Source: the human T2T-CHM13v2.0 reference genome, Homo sapiens. Taken from it: a DNA stretch of 64,000 nucleotides. The notes beneath the pieces are model-generated. The model worked only from the letters and a program-made list of their open reading frames with translations. It had not been told where the DNA came from and made no database searches. Positions 35,781 to 62,545 of the stretch are shown piece after piece; positions within the stretch are counted from its first letter, which is position 1, and each line of letters opens with the position of its first letter. The DNA lies in NCBI RefSeq assembly GCF_009914755.1, contig NC_060939.1, one strand, 5' to 3'. The translations under genes were made by a program, and so were the position numbers.

Positions 35781-37365
35781 TAGAGTAGCATTTTTAAGTT
35801 TTATGGCTGACTATAGGGAAAAGGGACTCTGATTTCTATGGGTAACCGCAGGGGAGAATGGTACTGAGAGAAAGGCATGGAAGAGAAAGTCAGAGGAAAA
35901 CGTTTGCTTACGAAGCTGCTGCTGAGGTTCTCATTTTAGGCTATTGTTTTCTGAGCCCCAGCAGTGGCCAGCTGTACCATAACAATCAAGATGCATTTAA
36001 AACTTTTTCTAAAAACTAGCTCTATCCTTTAACTACTGACTTAGCCAATTACCTCCTTCTTAGAGCTACTCCTTCTCTGGGATTGCCCAGGAACCTGAGG
36101 CATATGTCATGCACAAAGGAGTCCTGTGGACATTCATACCCTTTGGAGCGGAGCCCAGGAGTCCCTAGCGGTGGTCTGTGGCTGTTTCTGCCCTTGCTCT
36201 TAACCACCACAAGGTGTCACTCTTCGCTGCTCCTGCGCGTTCCCACCAAGGCGGTAACTGCTGGCCAGAGAGGAAGAATTTCCTCTGTCCCCGCACTAGC
36301 TAATCCAGAGTCCTTACCAGTTCCCAGGGCTTCATAGTACCCAGCCCTTTCAGGCCCCCGCAAAGCCTCGCCCCGCAAGCCCGCCGCCAGCCCCAGCACT
36401 ATGTCAGGACTGGCTCAGAGGAACACCCATTCCAGACAATAACAACTTTTTCTTTCTTGCCCAGGTGTTTTCAACCCTTAAACCAGACTGGGCTTGTTCT
36501 ATTTTTACTTTTTAAAATTTTAACTCCTCTACTATCATTCCCAAATGGGCTTGTTCTAATTCCTTCCCGGACCATAGAGCTACAAACTTCCCCGAAGAGC
36601 GACTTCCAATTGGTTTTTAGGCATCCTTGGTGTGCCTTTCATACATAAAGGTAGGTCAAGGGTTCCCTACCTTCTCTGACAATAGAGCCTGATTGTCTCC
36701 AGTTGGAGGACCAGCCCTTAAAACAGCTAAATTCCTTTTACTTTCCCTAGAGGAAGGGGAGCTCCGTGGGGAGTCAGCTACCCGGGGGCAGACTTTCTGG
36801 CATTCTTTGGAAAAGCAGTGAAAATAAAACTCACAAGTTACATCTTCAGCAGAGTATCTGCTACATATGAATATATTGTACACATATTTTTATATGGTTG
36901 CAAACATAAAACATATAGGTCCATGTCCTGATTTTTCATGTACTGCAATGTATGTTGAGTATTTTCCCATGTCGTTGTAAATTCTTCATAAGCATTATTT
37001 GCAGTGGTTGAATGATCTTTTTTCATGATAGGGTTCTATTGTAATTTTGTAATAATTTTCTTATTTTTAGACACTGATCATTTTGTTTTTTGCTGTATTG
37101 ACTATTCTTATATATTTTTATATATATTTCTGATTATTTCCTTATAAGAGACCTAGTATTGAAATTACTGAGTCAAAAACATTTGCAAGTCTTTTTATTC
37201 ATGCTGCAAAAAACTTCCTAGAAAGCTTGCATCATTGTGTACTATCAACACCAAGTACCATAAGGAATGCACACCTAATTGCACCCTAATCAAAAGTAAT
37301 GAAAACAATTTTATAAATCTCTCTTATCAGTGCACTGGTAAAAAAGATGTTTTAATTTGCAATTA

Positions 37366-37670
<305 letters not shown>

Positions 37671-37734
37671 TTACTAGTATAAATTAACATTTTAAAATTT
37701 GTATTTCTGTTTTTTATAAATTGTTAGCAGTTTT

Positions 37735-37897
37735 TACTTATTTATTTACTTAGAGACGGAGTCTTGCTCTGCTCCCAGGCTGGAACATAGTGGCAAAATC
37801 ATAGCTCACTGCAGCCTCCAACTTCTGGGCTCAAGGGGTCCTCCTGTCTTGGCTTCCCAAAGTACTGGGATTACAGGCATGAGCCATCATGTCTGGC
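37735..37897 (-). mobile_element. FRAM/AluJ monomer
   Basis: Single-arm Alu. Confidence 0.75.
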
Positions 37898-38049
37898 CCT
37901 TTTACTCATTTATTTATTGGGATCTTAATTTTAAAATCCATTTGTATGACCCCTTTATTTATTGAAGATACCAATCTATTGTCTGCTATATTGTTATAAG
38001 TGTTTTCTCAATAAATATATTGCTTAATTTATAGTTTTATGAATATTTT

Positions 38050-40724
<2,675 letters not shown>

Positions 40725-40825
40725 CAACTGCTGCTAATCAGGATGTATACTGAGGGTAACTTGACTCTATGCTCCCAGTTTGCAATATCTAGCTTGGCCC
40801 AAATAGATCCTCTGTCTTACTATTG

Positions 40826-41122
40826 TTATTTATTTTTTTTTAAGAGAAAAGGTCTTGCTCCTGTTGCCCAGACTGGAGTGCAGTGGCAGGATCTTAGCTC
40901 ACCATAACCTCGAACTCCTGGGCTCAAGCAATCCTCCTGCTTCAGCCTCCTGAGTAGCTGGGACTACAGACATGAGCCACCATGCCTGGCTAATTTTTAA
41001 ATTTTTTGTACAGATGGGGTTTCACTATGCTGCCCAGGCTGTTCTCAAACTCCTGGCAAGCAATCCTCCCAACTCAGCCTCCCAGAATCCTCGATTACAG
41101 GAGTGTACCACTATGCCCAGCC
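40826..41122 (-). mobile_element. AluJ
   Basis: Full Alu. Confidence 0.87.
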
Positions 41123-41212
41123 CCAGATAAATTCTCTACTTATATTAATTTTGCTTCAGCTTCCTTCTAGGTTGACAGTTCCCAGTTGACTCTCAAAATG
41201 TTTGTGAAATTA

Positions 41213-41531
<319 letters not shown>

Positions 41532-42210
41532 AGGCAATTTATTTAGTGATGTAAAAGTTTTCATGGATATATAAGGGAATCAGGGAGTCCTCAAGGCGGA
41601 AGAAGGTGAAGGAACAGAGCAGGGGAGGAAGAGGAGGGAGGAGAATCTCCCCCAGGCTGAGCAGACCAGGGCACTGAGCTCCAGATGTTTGCACCCCTCC
41701 TTTGTTTTCCCCATCTCTTCCCTACTCTCCAGGCCAGTCAGATGGCAAGGCCTGGACAACTGGAAGGAAAGAGAATGAAGGATGGAACTGGGGCGGCAGC
41801 TGTGTTGGCCACACAGGCCCTTCTGACTGGGCAGCATGGAGGCCACTTCTGCCAGCCTGAGAGTTGCAGAAGTAGATGGCAGGGAATCCCCTGCTTGGGG
41901 ATGACACAGTAGGTAGATTAGAAAGTTGGAGAACAGGAACCGTAAGCCACTAGCAGGAACATGGTTGAAGAGCCGACCGTGGAGTCCAGACTGAGGGAGG
42001 AGGTAGAAAAGGAACAATAAGCAAGGAAGCAGAGGAGGCTGTGGCAAGGATAATGGGCAGCCCCAGTTATTCTAAGGGAAAAGGAGAGATGGAGTTGAGA
42101 GGCTGAAATGGAAGCAGCTCTGTGATGTGGCTGGCCTTTCGAGGTTACTGGAGCAGAGGAGGTAAAGGGACCATGAGCACAGGTGGTGGTGCTGTAATTA
42201 ATAAGGATGA

Positions 42211-42586
<376 letters not shown>

Positions 42587-42979
42587 CTAAAGCCATTCCA
42601 GAGGGCTGCAGAATGGCCCAGAGAAGAAGTTCTCAGCTAAGGCATGGCACTAATGACTAATCGATGGTTGTAATCATTTCTTCCTTTTTTTTTTTTTTTG
42701 AAACAAGGTCTTGCTCTGTCACCCAGGCTGGAGTGCAGTGGCACAATCATGGCTCACTACAGCCTTGACTCCTGGGTTCAAGCAATCCCCCTTCCTTAGC
42801 TTCCCAAAGTAGCATTACAATCAGCACCAGGAATTGAGCCCAGCTGAACTGAGCCACCATACGCATAGCAACTACAATTGAAATCTAGATGGGCGTGCTG
42901 TGCGTGAGGCAGGTGTTGGTAGGTCAGGCTACAAATTAAGTCTCAATCAATATTATTTTATTTTATTTTTTGAGACAGG

Positions 42980-43650
42980 TGAAATCTGAGAACATTATAA
43001 GTGAAATAAGCCAGTCAGACAAAGACAAATACTGTACGAGTCAGCTTATATGAGGTACTTAGAGTAGTTAAAATCTTAGAGGCCAGGCATAGTGGCTCAC
43101 ACCTGTAATCCCAGCACTTTGGGAGGCCGAGGTGGGAGGATTGCTTGAGCCCAGCAGTTTGACGCTAGCCTGAGCAACATAGTGAGACCCTCTCTCTCCA
43201 AAAATAAAATAAAATAGAATAAAATAAAATAAAATAGTCAGGCATGGTGGCACACGCTTGTAATCCCAGGTATTCCAGAAACTGAGGTGGGAGGATAACT
43301 TGAACCTGGGAGGTCAAGGCTGCAGTGAGCTATGATCACACCATTGTATTCCAGCCTGAGCAACAGAGCGAGACCCTGTTTCAAAAGAATAAAAAATAAA
43401 AACATTATAGAGACAGAAAATATGACGATAATTGCCGGGGGCTGGGGACAGGGGAAAGTGGGGAGTTATTGCTTAATGGGTATAGAGTTTCAGTTTTACA
43501 AGATGAAAAGAGTTCTGCAGATGTGTGGTGGTGATGGTTGTGCAACATTATGAATGTACTTACTGAACTGTATACTTCAAAACAGTTAAGCTGGTAAATT
43601 TTATGTTTTGTGTATTTTGCCAAAATTTTATAAAAAATTAAAAAAATAAA
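42980..43650 (+). mobile_element. L1MB 3'UTR interrupted by AluJ (43081-43401)
   Basis: agtgaaataagccag...ttaatgggtatagagtttcagttt...gaactgtatactt motifs. Confidence 0.8.
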
Positions 43651-44202
43651 ATCATTGGAGGCTGAGGCACGAGGATTACTGGAGCCCAGGAGTTCGTGAG
43701 CAGCCTGGGCAACACATCGAGACCTCATCTCTACAAAAAGTTAACAATTAGCTGGGTGTGGTGGTACGCACCTGTAGTCCTTGCTACTTAGGAGGCTGAC
43801 ATGGGAGGATCACTTGAGCCCAGGAGTTCATGACCAGTCTGGGCAATACAGCAAGACCCTGTCTCAAAAGGAAATAAAATATAATAAGTAAAAAATATTG
43901 GTAATATCCAGTTTGATAAAGATGCAGAAAAAGAGGCACTTTCATAAACTGTTAGTAGAAGCATAAATTGAAGGAGCCTTTGAGAATGTGGTTTAGCAAT
44001 ATCTATCAATACTTTAAATGAGTACATTCTTTGAATCAACTTGTACTTTTGGGTATCTATCCTAGAGAAATATTTGCATAGGTGTATATAGAGACATGCA
44101 CACACTGGCTGTAATGTAAAAAGGTTTGAATTGACCTAAATATTGATCAACAATGAGTGGTTAAACTGATTAAGTTAGAGTCATAGTGTTTAATTTTAAG
44201 TA

Positions 44203-47352
<3,150 letters not shown>

Positions 47353-47652
47353 AGAGAGAGAGAGAAAGTCATTGAACAACATGTACAAAGGTTAAAAAAA
47401 AAAAAAAAAAAAAAAGCAAACACTTATAAAAGCCAGGCAGGCAACATAAAATGGTAAGGTGGGCCAGTGTAAGACACCTGGGAATGGTGGGGGCTGGAGA
47501 GGAGGGGATCTCACTCTTCTACCAAGGGCAACCCACCACTCAGTGTCAGTCAATCCTTCCCAGGCAGCAGGGCAAGCCCAGTAATGCCTTATTTTCCAGA
47601 TTTTCAAGACTCCCATGAAATATCCCAATTTTAAAAGCTGGCTACTAATTCA

Positions 47653-48220
<568 letters not shown>

Positions 48221-48494
48221 TCCAAAACCCATTATGGGCTACATTTGGACTACATACTGGCAGACTGGGGCCTGCAGTGTGTGGTAGAATTTATGAGAAA
48301 AATACACATATGAATAGAAAGGTACAAAAAATGATCTGCACCCCATGAAACCAGTAATAATGTGTACGTTGGGGTAGATGAGAAAGAACGAGGTTGCTGA
48401 AGGTATGGAATAAGTCTTTATCTTTTCTGTATTGTTTGTGACCTTGAACATGAAAATGTAGTTACCTATTACCTATGTACTTTCTTTCTTTAAC

Positions 48495-48800
48495 TTTTTT
48501 TTTTTTTTTTTGAGATGGAGTCTCGCTCTGTTGCCCAGGCTGGAGTACAGTGGCGCAATCTCGACTCACTACGACCTCTGCCTCCCGGGTTCAAGTGATT
48601 CTCCTGCCTCTGCCTCCTAAGTAGCTGGGATTACAGGAGCATGCCATGATGCCCAGCTAATTTTTTTTATTTTTATTTTTAGTTGAGCCGGGTTTTCACT
48701 GTGTTGGCCACACTAGTCTTGAACTCCTGACCTCAGGTGATCCACCTGCCTCAGACTCCCAAAGTACTGGGATTACAGGCATGAGCCACCGCGCCCGGCC
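48495..48800 (-). mobile_element. AluSx
   Basis: TSD tacctatgtacttt. Confidence 0.9.
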
Positions 48801-49651
48801 TACCTATGTACTTTAAAAAGAAGAAAAGTGCCCCCTGAATTAGAATACCAAACATTATTAGTCCTGTGGCCCTCTAGGTTGGGCAATATTAGAATTCTCT
48901 GCTTTGGATTGCAAGCCTTCAAAACGCAAAGTTTATATTTCAAAATTGCTTTTTAAAAAAATTCATAGTAATGTTTTCCTTATTTGGGGAATGCTGATTT
49001 TCAAAGAATGGAAACTCACTCAGAATAGCACCAGAACAAAAGAGGGATTTGGTGGGAAGGTATAGGGTGGTTTTGTAGCATCCAGGGCATGAATTGAAAC
49101 CAGGCGCACAAGGAACAAGAACCCCAAGGCTGGAAGCCACGTGGCCTCAGAGCCAGTCTTCTTGTCTTCTCCTGTCAGCTTTCTACTGTTTGTTTCTGCA
49201 GTTTATTCTTCTGCTTGGTATGCCCACTTCCTAGTTCATTACACATGGCCCTATGGCACCCTCAATCACAGGGTTGCCATGACCTCAAAAGTCCTGCACA
49301 CTTGGGTAGGAGTCTCCGAAATCCCACGTCCATATTCCTGGGAAAGAGAATCTGACTGTGGCCACTGAGTTTATGACCTAGATCAAATGTCCTCTCCCCA
49401 TCCAACCATTGGACAAGAGGAAAGTGGGATCCTATGGTTGGCGCAAACCGGCCCCAGGGACCCTCTCCAGCAGGAAAGGGCATTTCTGAGAGATGGAGGA
49501 TTTAGCCTGGGGAGGGGCCTCAAAAGGAATCCACAGATGCAGCTATTATACAAGTTCCATGTTTACAGGCACCTGTGAATGCTGAATCGGATAGAACACA
49601 TTTGTTCATAAGGGAGGTAGCAGAGCAAAGTGGCCGAGATATGGGACTTCA

Positions 49652-49853
49652 GTAGGATAACTAACCATCCCAGTTTGCCTAGGACTGAAAGAGGTTGTAA
49701 AATTGAAAGGATACAGCCTTTCATGTAAAATTGAAAGGACCCAGCCTTTCAATTTTAAAATTGGGACAGTTTTTAAAGATTTCCCAGCATGTGAGACTTT
49801 CATTGCAAAAACCAGGAAAGTCTCATGCAAACCACGATGAGTTGGTCCCCTTA
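49652..49853. mobile_element. MER94-like hAT-Blackjack element with internal tandem palindromic insert
   Basis: Termini taggataactaaccatcccagtttgcc...gatgagttggtcccctta. Confidence 0.6.
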
Positions 49854-50037
49854 GATTTTGGAGCTGGATCTAGTTATGAATCCTGGCTCAGCTGCTGCAG
49901 CTGTGTGACCCTGAGCAAGTCACTTTACCTCTTATACCTCAGTTTTCTCCTTGCAAAATGAGAATAATAATAGTTCCCACATCACAGAGTAAGATAAGCA
50001 CCCGTGAGCACTCAGTAGAAATTAGGCAATTAGGTAA

Positions 50038-50947
<910 letters not shown>

Positions 50948-50974
50948 GTAATAATATATATGGTTAAAAAATTG

Positions 50975-51651
<677 letters not shown>

Positions 51652-51813
51652 ATTTCAAAATTGGAAGCAAAACAAACAGTGAAAAGTAAGACTCACTCCC
51701 ACCTCTGTCGCTCAGGCCACAGGTCCCCAGTTCCCTTCTCCAGAGTAACTACTTAGCAGTTTCTTACGTATCATTCCAGATAGTCTGTGAATTATAGAAA
51801 GGTATATACAGAT

Positions 51814-52178
<365 letters not shown>

Positions 52179-52224
52179 TAATTCATTTAGACTGTCTCCT
52201 ACTGATTGACATTTGGGTTGTTTC

Positions 52225-52412
52225 TATTTATTATTATTATTATTATTATTTTTAGAGATGGGGGCCTCACTATGTTACTCAAGCTGGAGTGCAGTGGCTA
52301 TTCACAGGTGACATCATAGTGTACCATAGCCTTGAACTCCTGGGCTCAAGGGACTCTTCCATCACAGCCTTCTGAATAGCTGGGGCTACAGATGTGTGCC
52401 ACCATGCCTGGC
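52225..52412 (-). mobile_element. FAM fossil Alu monomer
   Basis: Retains the 7SL-like gtggctattcacagg segment. Confidence 0.75.
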
Positions 52413-52825
52413 TGTTCCACTCTTTTGTTACTACAAACATTATGACAAACAATGTAATATTATCTTGTATACACAACTTTGTGTACATTCAGAAGTATCT
52501 CTAGGATAAATTCTTAGAAGTGGAAATGCTAGGTCAAAGGAGCTATTATCACCATTCATTGTAATTATTATAATTAATCTCTAAGAAGTCAGATGTTGGA
52601 TCTACTTCCTTCTAAAGGCAAATAGTAGCTGTTATATCTGAGCATAAAGAGATCTTCTATATCAACTGCCTTTTGTGAGTAAAAAATTATTAAGTCCTGA
52701 TACTGACATCTTGGAAAATTCCAGAATGCTGCTTCTACCTCTCCTCTCTTTTCATACCCCTTCTCTTTTCCCTATTTACATTGGCACATGACCACATTCC
52801 CACAAAATGTGTCAGTTGAGTTGGT

Positions 52826-53370
52826 GTCTTAGCCTGGGTTCCTTAGAAAAGAGAGCCTGAGGCAAAGCTTTATGAGAGTATAGAATCCCAGGGAGGCATG
52901 AGTGAAGGGAAAAGGGGAACAAGTCAAACAACGAGGACGAGTCAACATAAGAGCATGCATGATGGTCCTGACCACAACTTAGGCAAGCACAATTGCTTCC
53001 TCACTCTTAGAAGAAGCAACTGAGCTCGCATAGGGGAAGCGAGTCTCTGAGAAGCCAGAGTAAGCCACTGCATCTCTCCACACTCTGTGCAGTCACAGGA
53101 AGAGGCCCAGGTGGGGAGGGGGTAAGGAAGGGAATACGTTTATCTATAGGCTGCCATCTCCTATTGGTCGAAGTTTGCCCCTCAGGGTGTCAACTCCTTT
53201 TAGCTTATGAGTTGAGCCGCCCAACTCCTCCAGCAGCCATGGAGAAAGCCAGAACCCAAGACAGAAGTGTCAGCCTCTATGGCCAAGCATCAACCTGGAG
53301 GGTAAGCCACTGTGCATCCATGGGATTTGAGATGGTCCACAGGGTCTCTCATATCAATAGCAACAGGAAA
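52826..53370. mobile_element. Ancient ERVL LTR (LTR16/LTR33-like)
   Basis: tgtcttagcctgggttcc...agagcctgaggcaaag start. Confidence 0.5.
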
Positions 53371-53552
53371 CCCACATGGCAGGAGGATAGGAGCAGAGAT
53401 GCTGGTGCAAGGCCAGGTGCTGTGGTGTCATGCCCTTACGTGACATGAGGAACCTGGAGTAGCTACCACAGAGCAAGTCATTGTTAGAGTTCTGGCCAGA
53501 AAGCAAGGCAAGTGCAGGATTTGTAACGGCATGTAAAATGAATCTGGTACAG

Positions 53553-53862
53553 GGCCAGGTTTGATGGCTCATGCCCATAATCCCAGCACTTTGAGAAGCC
53601 GAGGCAGGAGGATCACTTGAGCCCAGGAGTTCGAGACCAGTCTGGGCAACATAGAGAGACCCCTGTCTTTATAAAAAAAAATTTTAAAAATTAGCTGGGT
53701 GTGGTGGTGCATATCTGTAGCCCCAGCCACTCTAGGGGCTGAGGTGGGAGGATCATTTGAGCCCCAAACATTGAGGCTGCAGTGAGCCATAATCATGCCT
53801 TTGCACTTCAGCCTGGATGACAGGGCAAGACCCTGTCTCAAAATAAATAAATAAATAAATAA
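53553..53862 (+). mobile_element. AluJ
   Basis: Full Alu. Confidence 0.88.
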
Positions 53863-53919
53863 AACAGAAAACAACAAAAAAAAACCAGTCTAGTACAGGT
53901 GGGAACACTGGCACTTTGC

Positions 53920-54372
53920 ACACTGCACTCATTCTGAGATGTACATTTTATTACCTTTTTTTTGAGTTGGCGTCTCGCTCTGTCACTGAGCCTGGAGTAC
54001 AGTCATGTGATCTCGTCTCACTGCAACCTCCGCCTCCCTGGTTCAAGGGATTCTCCCCCCTCAGCCTCCTGAATAGCTGGGATTACAGATGCCCGTCACT
54101 ATGCCCGGCTAATTTTTGTATTTTTAGTAGAGGCAGGGTTTCACCATGTTAGCCAGGCTGGTTTCGAACTCCTGAACTCAGGTGATCCGCCCATCTCGGC
54201 CTCCCAAAGTGCTGGGATTACAGGCATGAGCCACCATGCCCAGCCATTTTATTACCTTTTAACATCATTGAAATCAGGATTTATCTCACAATTGACAGAA
54301 TGTCAGAGTTTAATCGGCAGTTTTGTTCCCTTTCTTGGTGGTACATAAGTGGCCTTCTAGATGAAATAAGGT
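53920..54372. mobile_element. MER104-like TcMar-Tc2 element split by AluS (53955-54245, minus)
   Basis: ttctgagatgtacatttt...gaaatcaggat...gtttaatcggcag...gtggtacata; Alu TSD ttttattacctttt. Confidence 0.6.
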
Positions 54373-55151
54373 AATGTATTTAGGCTGATGTGTACCAACG
54401 TGTCTCTTGATATCCTTGGCCCAGAAATGTTCTCACAAAAGAGGCACTGCCCATCTTCTATGAGAAAGACCCACAATGAGGAAGAGCAATTGGCAAATTC
54501 ATAAGCCAGGGATGTTGCATTCCCGTTGTCTATAACAAGCATTCATTACAATTACCATTAATATGACTATTTGTTGCTTATAGATATTGGTGTTGAAATG
54601 TTTGCTAATGTCAAGCCCAGGCTGTGAAACAAAAGTTCATTCATGTGCTCATGATGAGCAGTGGCTTTGGTTAGGTCAGAATTCAATGCTAAAAATCAAT
54701 ACCTCATTAGTCTTGATAAAGGAAGTGTAATGGAGTGTTTCAGCAGAGCCCAGGCTGGGAATCAGTTGGTTGTATTTTGATCTGATGGGTCATGATGCTT
54801 TTGTGGATTTGTTTGCATGAATCATTATGTTCATAAATACGGTTAAGTTACAGAAGCAAGTTACTAAATAATATCAACAGCATGAGTTCATTATTGCTTG
54901 TTTGAAAAAAAAAAGTGTGTATATGTATGAGTGTGTTTAACCAGTATGTTCCAGGTTCATGTCTACATTGATATCTTAAATCACTGTGCTCTAAAATGTA
55001 GACTTTGGTGTCTAAATCTTCACTACTCAAGGTGTTGTCCTTGAACCAGCAGTATCTCAAGCAACACCTGGGAAGTTACTAGAAATGCACAATCTCAAGC
55101 CCCATCCTAGACCGGCTGAATCGGAATACGGATTTAAAAATGCAAGCTCCC

Positions 55152-56357
<1,206 letters not shown>

Positions 56358-57050
56358 AAATGCAAGCTCCCCAGGTGTTTGAGAAGCAATTTGAGAAACA
56401 CCATCTCCTTAACTACATGGCCTCAGTGTTGTTTCTCACCCTCATTCGGAAAATCCTTCCCTTTTCGTTTGGGAATCTCTACAGGTGGCACTATTTCACA
56501 CATTAAGTACATGCCCTGCAGCCTCCACCTGCAGCCTCCTCCACCTCCCGGTTGCCTGCACTGCAGCAGCCCTGCTTAGGGGCGTGGCGCTATCATGGGG
56601 AACCACAGTCAGCAACTGATTAGGACATGGTGTCACCTGGGACCAAGGTCTCACTCCTTTGTTCTCAGTTGCTGTTATGGGCTGGCAGAAGAAACCAGCT
56701 GACACCAGACTGTTCACCAAAGTGTCCTCCTCTCTGCCTCCCTAGGCACCGCTGTACCAAAAATCTCCCCTCTCTTTAAACATAAAAGGGTTTACATTAC
56801 AGGTTCATGCCTGTAATTCCTGTGCTATGGGAGGCCGAGGCAGGAGGATCTCTTGAGCTCGGGAGTTGAAGGCTGCAACGAGCCATGATCAGTTTAAAAA
56901 GAAAAAAAACACCAGATGTCAACACACATAGAGGATCCAAATGGAGTAGGGAAAGAAAGGGAGTCTCTCCCTCTCTCCAGAGATGTCTGAACTCTAGCTT
57001 CTGCTCAGAGAAAATTTTCTATTGCACAGACTTGAAAGATATGTAACAAT

Positions 57051-57532
57051 TTTTTTTTTCTTGAGATGGAGTCTCACTCTGTCGCCCAGGCTGGAATGCA
57101 GTGGCAAGATCTCAGCTCACTGCAAACCTCCATCTGCCGGGTTCAAGCAATTCTCTTGCCTCAGCCTCCCGAGTAGCTGGGATTACAGGTGTGTGCCACC
57201 ACACTAGGCTAATTTTTGTATTTTTATTTATTTATTTATCTATTTTCTTGAAACAGAGTCTCACTCTGTCTCCCAGGCTGGAGTGCAATGGCACGATCTC
57301 GGCCACTGCAACCTCCGCCTCCCAGGTTCAAGTGATTCTCCAGCCTCGGCCTCCTGAGTAGCTGGGATTACAGGCGCCCACCATCACACTTGGCTAAGTT
57401 TTTTGTGTTTTTAGTAGAAATGGGGTTTCACCATGTCGGCCAGGCTGGTCTTGAACTTCTTACCTCAAATGATCTGCCCACCTCAGCCTCCCAAAGTGCT
57501 GGGATTACAGGGGTGAGCCACTGCACCCGGCC
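57051..57532 (-). mobile_element. Three-arm Alu (full AluS plus an extra right arm)
   Basis: Right arm 57051-57225 joined to a full Alu. Confidence 0.85.
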
Positions 57533-57705
57533 GTTACGTAACAAAATATTAATAGTGTTTTTGTACTGGATGGTAGGAATTTTCTCTTTATGTATATTTC
57601 TAATTTTCTTTAAAAAAAAAGAATGTATATTATATAATCATAAAAATAAAGAAAAGTGTTTTGTTAGAGGAAATGAGAAATTCCCCATGGTGATGGAATA
57701 TGTGA

Positions 57706-58684
<979 letters not shown>

Positions 58685-60233
58685 TTCAACATGCATCTTT
58701 AAATAGAGAATTTCTGTCTTGCAAAAATTAGTGTATGAAGGTCACAAAGGCTTCCTCATACGGTTCACAGCACACAGAACAGTCTTTTTATAAAGGATGT
58801 GGGGTTGCAGAAACAGGAAATGAAGTTGGTTCCCAGATCTTGGCAGGCATAGATGGGGAGTCCCTCCAGAAATCTACTCAGGCCTCCCTCCTGCAAATGT
58901 GGGCATGCTGACCCCTTGTTATCTGTAAAGAGGGAGCTCTTAAGATAACTGTCCATTATCAAACCAATTGGTGATAATCCCTGCCTCAGCCTTTTAAATC
59001 ACTTAGACCTAGACATTAAGTACTTTGTTGTGAATTTCCACCAAGGAGTTGAATTGGTTAACTATCCTGGAAGTGGTTCAGCTTAAAAGGGTTTGAGATA
59101 ATTTTGCTACTTTGTTATTATTAGCAAAGATGAAAACTGCTCATTTTGTTTCTAATTTTATTCACTTTTGGGTGAATTATCTGGATCCTTTACAATGAAT
59201 AATTTTAAATGGGTAATTCTAAAAATTGGTATTAAAAATTAATGTGTTCTTTAAGGAAGATTTAAAATACAGATAAGAAAAATGTATTTCTGTACTGTAT
59301 TTATGTACATATATGTGTATATGTGTGTACATATGCATGAAACAGAAATGATGGTGCATTAGTGGGAAATGTTTGAATTGCAAGTGCCTGGACTTTACCA
59401 TTCAAACTATCTTAGGCAAGATGGGAATATTTATTGACTCATAAAACAAACATAAGGAAAATTCAGAGTTATTTCTGGCCTCAGTGACCCAGGATTCAAA
59501 ATGCTCTCAAAAGTTTTCCAGCTTCTGCCCTCTGCTTCCCTCTCTCTGCCTTCGTCTCATTCTCTCGGAATGCGGTCCAGCTGGCAGGAAATATGGCTGC
59601 CATGGCCTACAGACTCACGTCTTCCCATCTTTACTTCTGGAAAGCAACAGGTCCTTTTCCTTTGGTTCCAGCTTACAAAGTCCCAGGAGAGGTCCCTGAT
59701 AGGCTCAGCATGAGTCATCTGTGCTCTTCTTGACAAATCATCTTGGGCAAGATAGCACAGTTCTGCGGTAGGCTCAGTTTGGGTTGAGTGCTCACCTCCA
59801 AACCAGACCCTGTGATGGAGAGGAGGGATCAGGTAAGCAGATGGCAGCTCCCATCTGAACTATGCATGGGGTGCTGTTCTGTAAAGAAAAATCAGTTGCT
59901 ATTTCCCCTAGAAGGATAGTGTGCTGGTAGACAAGTGACAGATATTCACCAGATGCAAATGGAATCATATTTCACATGTGTTTTGCCACACACTTTGTTA
60001 CATCTTTCATTTGTCTATGTTCCATGACATAATTTCAGTGATAATAACATTTAATGGCAGAGCATTCTATTGCTCTGGCAGAATATTCTATTCCGGAATA
60101 CAGCCATGATGACTGGAAGTGACCATGAGGACAAGAGCCACCCATCAGGGTTGACAGAGCAGGAAGACAGAGAACACCCAGGTCCTTGACAGCATCCTGG
60201 AGTTACTTTACTAGCCAAGTATTACCAATCTCT

Positions 60234-60237
<4 letters not shown>

Positions 60238-60269
<32 letters not shown>

Positions 60270-60552
60270 AGACAGAGTCTCTCTCTGTCATCCAGACTGG
60301 AGTGCAGTGGTGCAATCTCGGCTCACTGCAATCTCTAACTCCCAGGCTCAAGCGATTCTCTTGACTCAGCCTCCTGAGTAGCTGGGATTACAGGCATGCA
60401 CCACTATGGCCAGCTAACTTTTTTGTATTTTTAGTAGAGACAGGGTTTTGCCATGTTGGCCAGGCTGGTCTCAATCTCCTGGCCTCAAGTGACCCACCCA
60501 CTTCGGCCTCCCAGATTGCTGGGATTACAGGTGTGAGCCACTGCAACCAGCC
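60238..60552 (-). mobile_element. AluS within an MLT1-like fragment
   Basis: Long T tail; TSD tagactt. Confidence 0.88.
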
Positions 60553-61097
60553 TTTTTAGACTTCTTGATACATGAGAAAAATAATCCCTGATTTGGATAA
60601 ACCACAGTAGTCAGGGTTCTCTTGCATATGGACAAGTGCAGTTCCTAATAAATACACTTCTTGACAGCCTTCCATGATTAAAGGTAGGCCAGGGAAATTA
60701 ACATCAATGGGAAAGGTAGGGAAGGGTAATAATAGGAACCCCAGAGAGGTTGAGGGGAAGCTGAAATAAAGGAACTTGTAGCCTACTTCTTTTTTGAAGT
60801 GTTGAAGGAAACTGACCCATAGAGCATTCTGGAGCCAACATTCTATGGTTGCAACAGAGTAGAACTGGCAGTCATAGCTGAATTGAGTAGCAAGAAGGTA
60901 AGAGGTAGTACCCAAGACTTTGATCCTATGTAGCATGAAGGGTTGCAGAAGTCTCTAAGGCTCCTAGTTTGAGTAATGGGATCGTCTCCCCAGTTCCCCA
61001 TACATAGAGATCTTTACTGTAAGTTTCCTTAAAGAGCTGTCATAGGAGCATGATGGAGTACATCACAAGGACAATGTCCTAAAGTCCTCTGTAGTCC

Positions 61098-62544
<1,447 letters not shown>

Positions 62545-62545
<1 letters not shown>

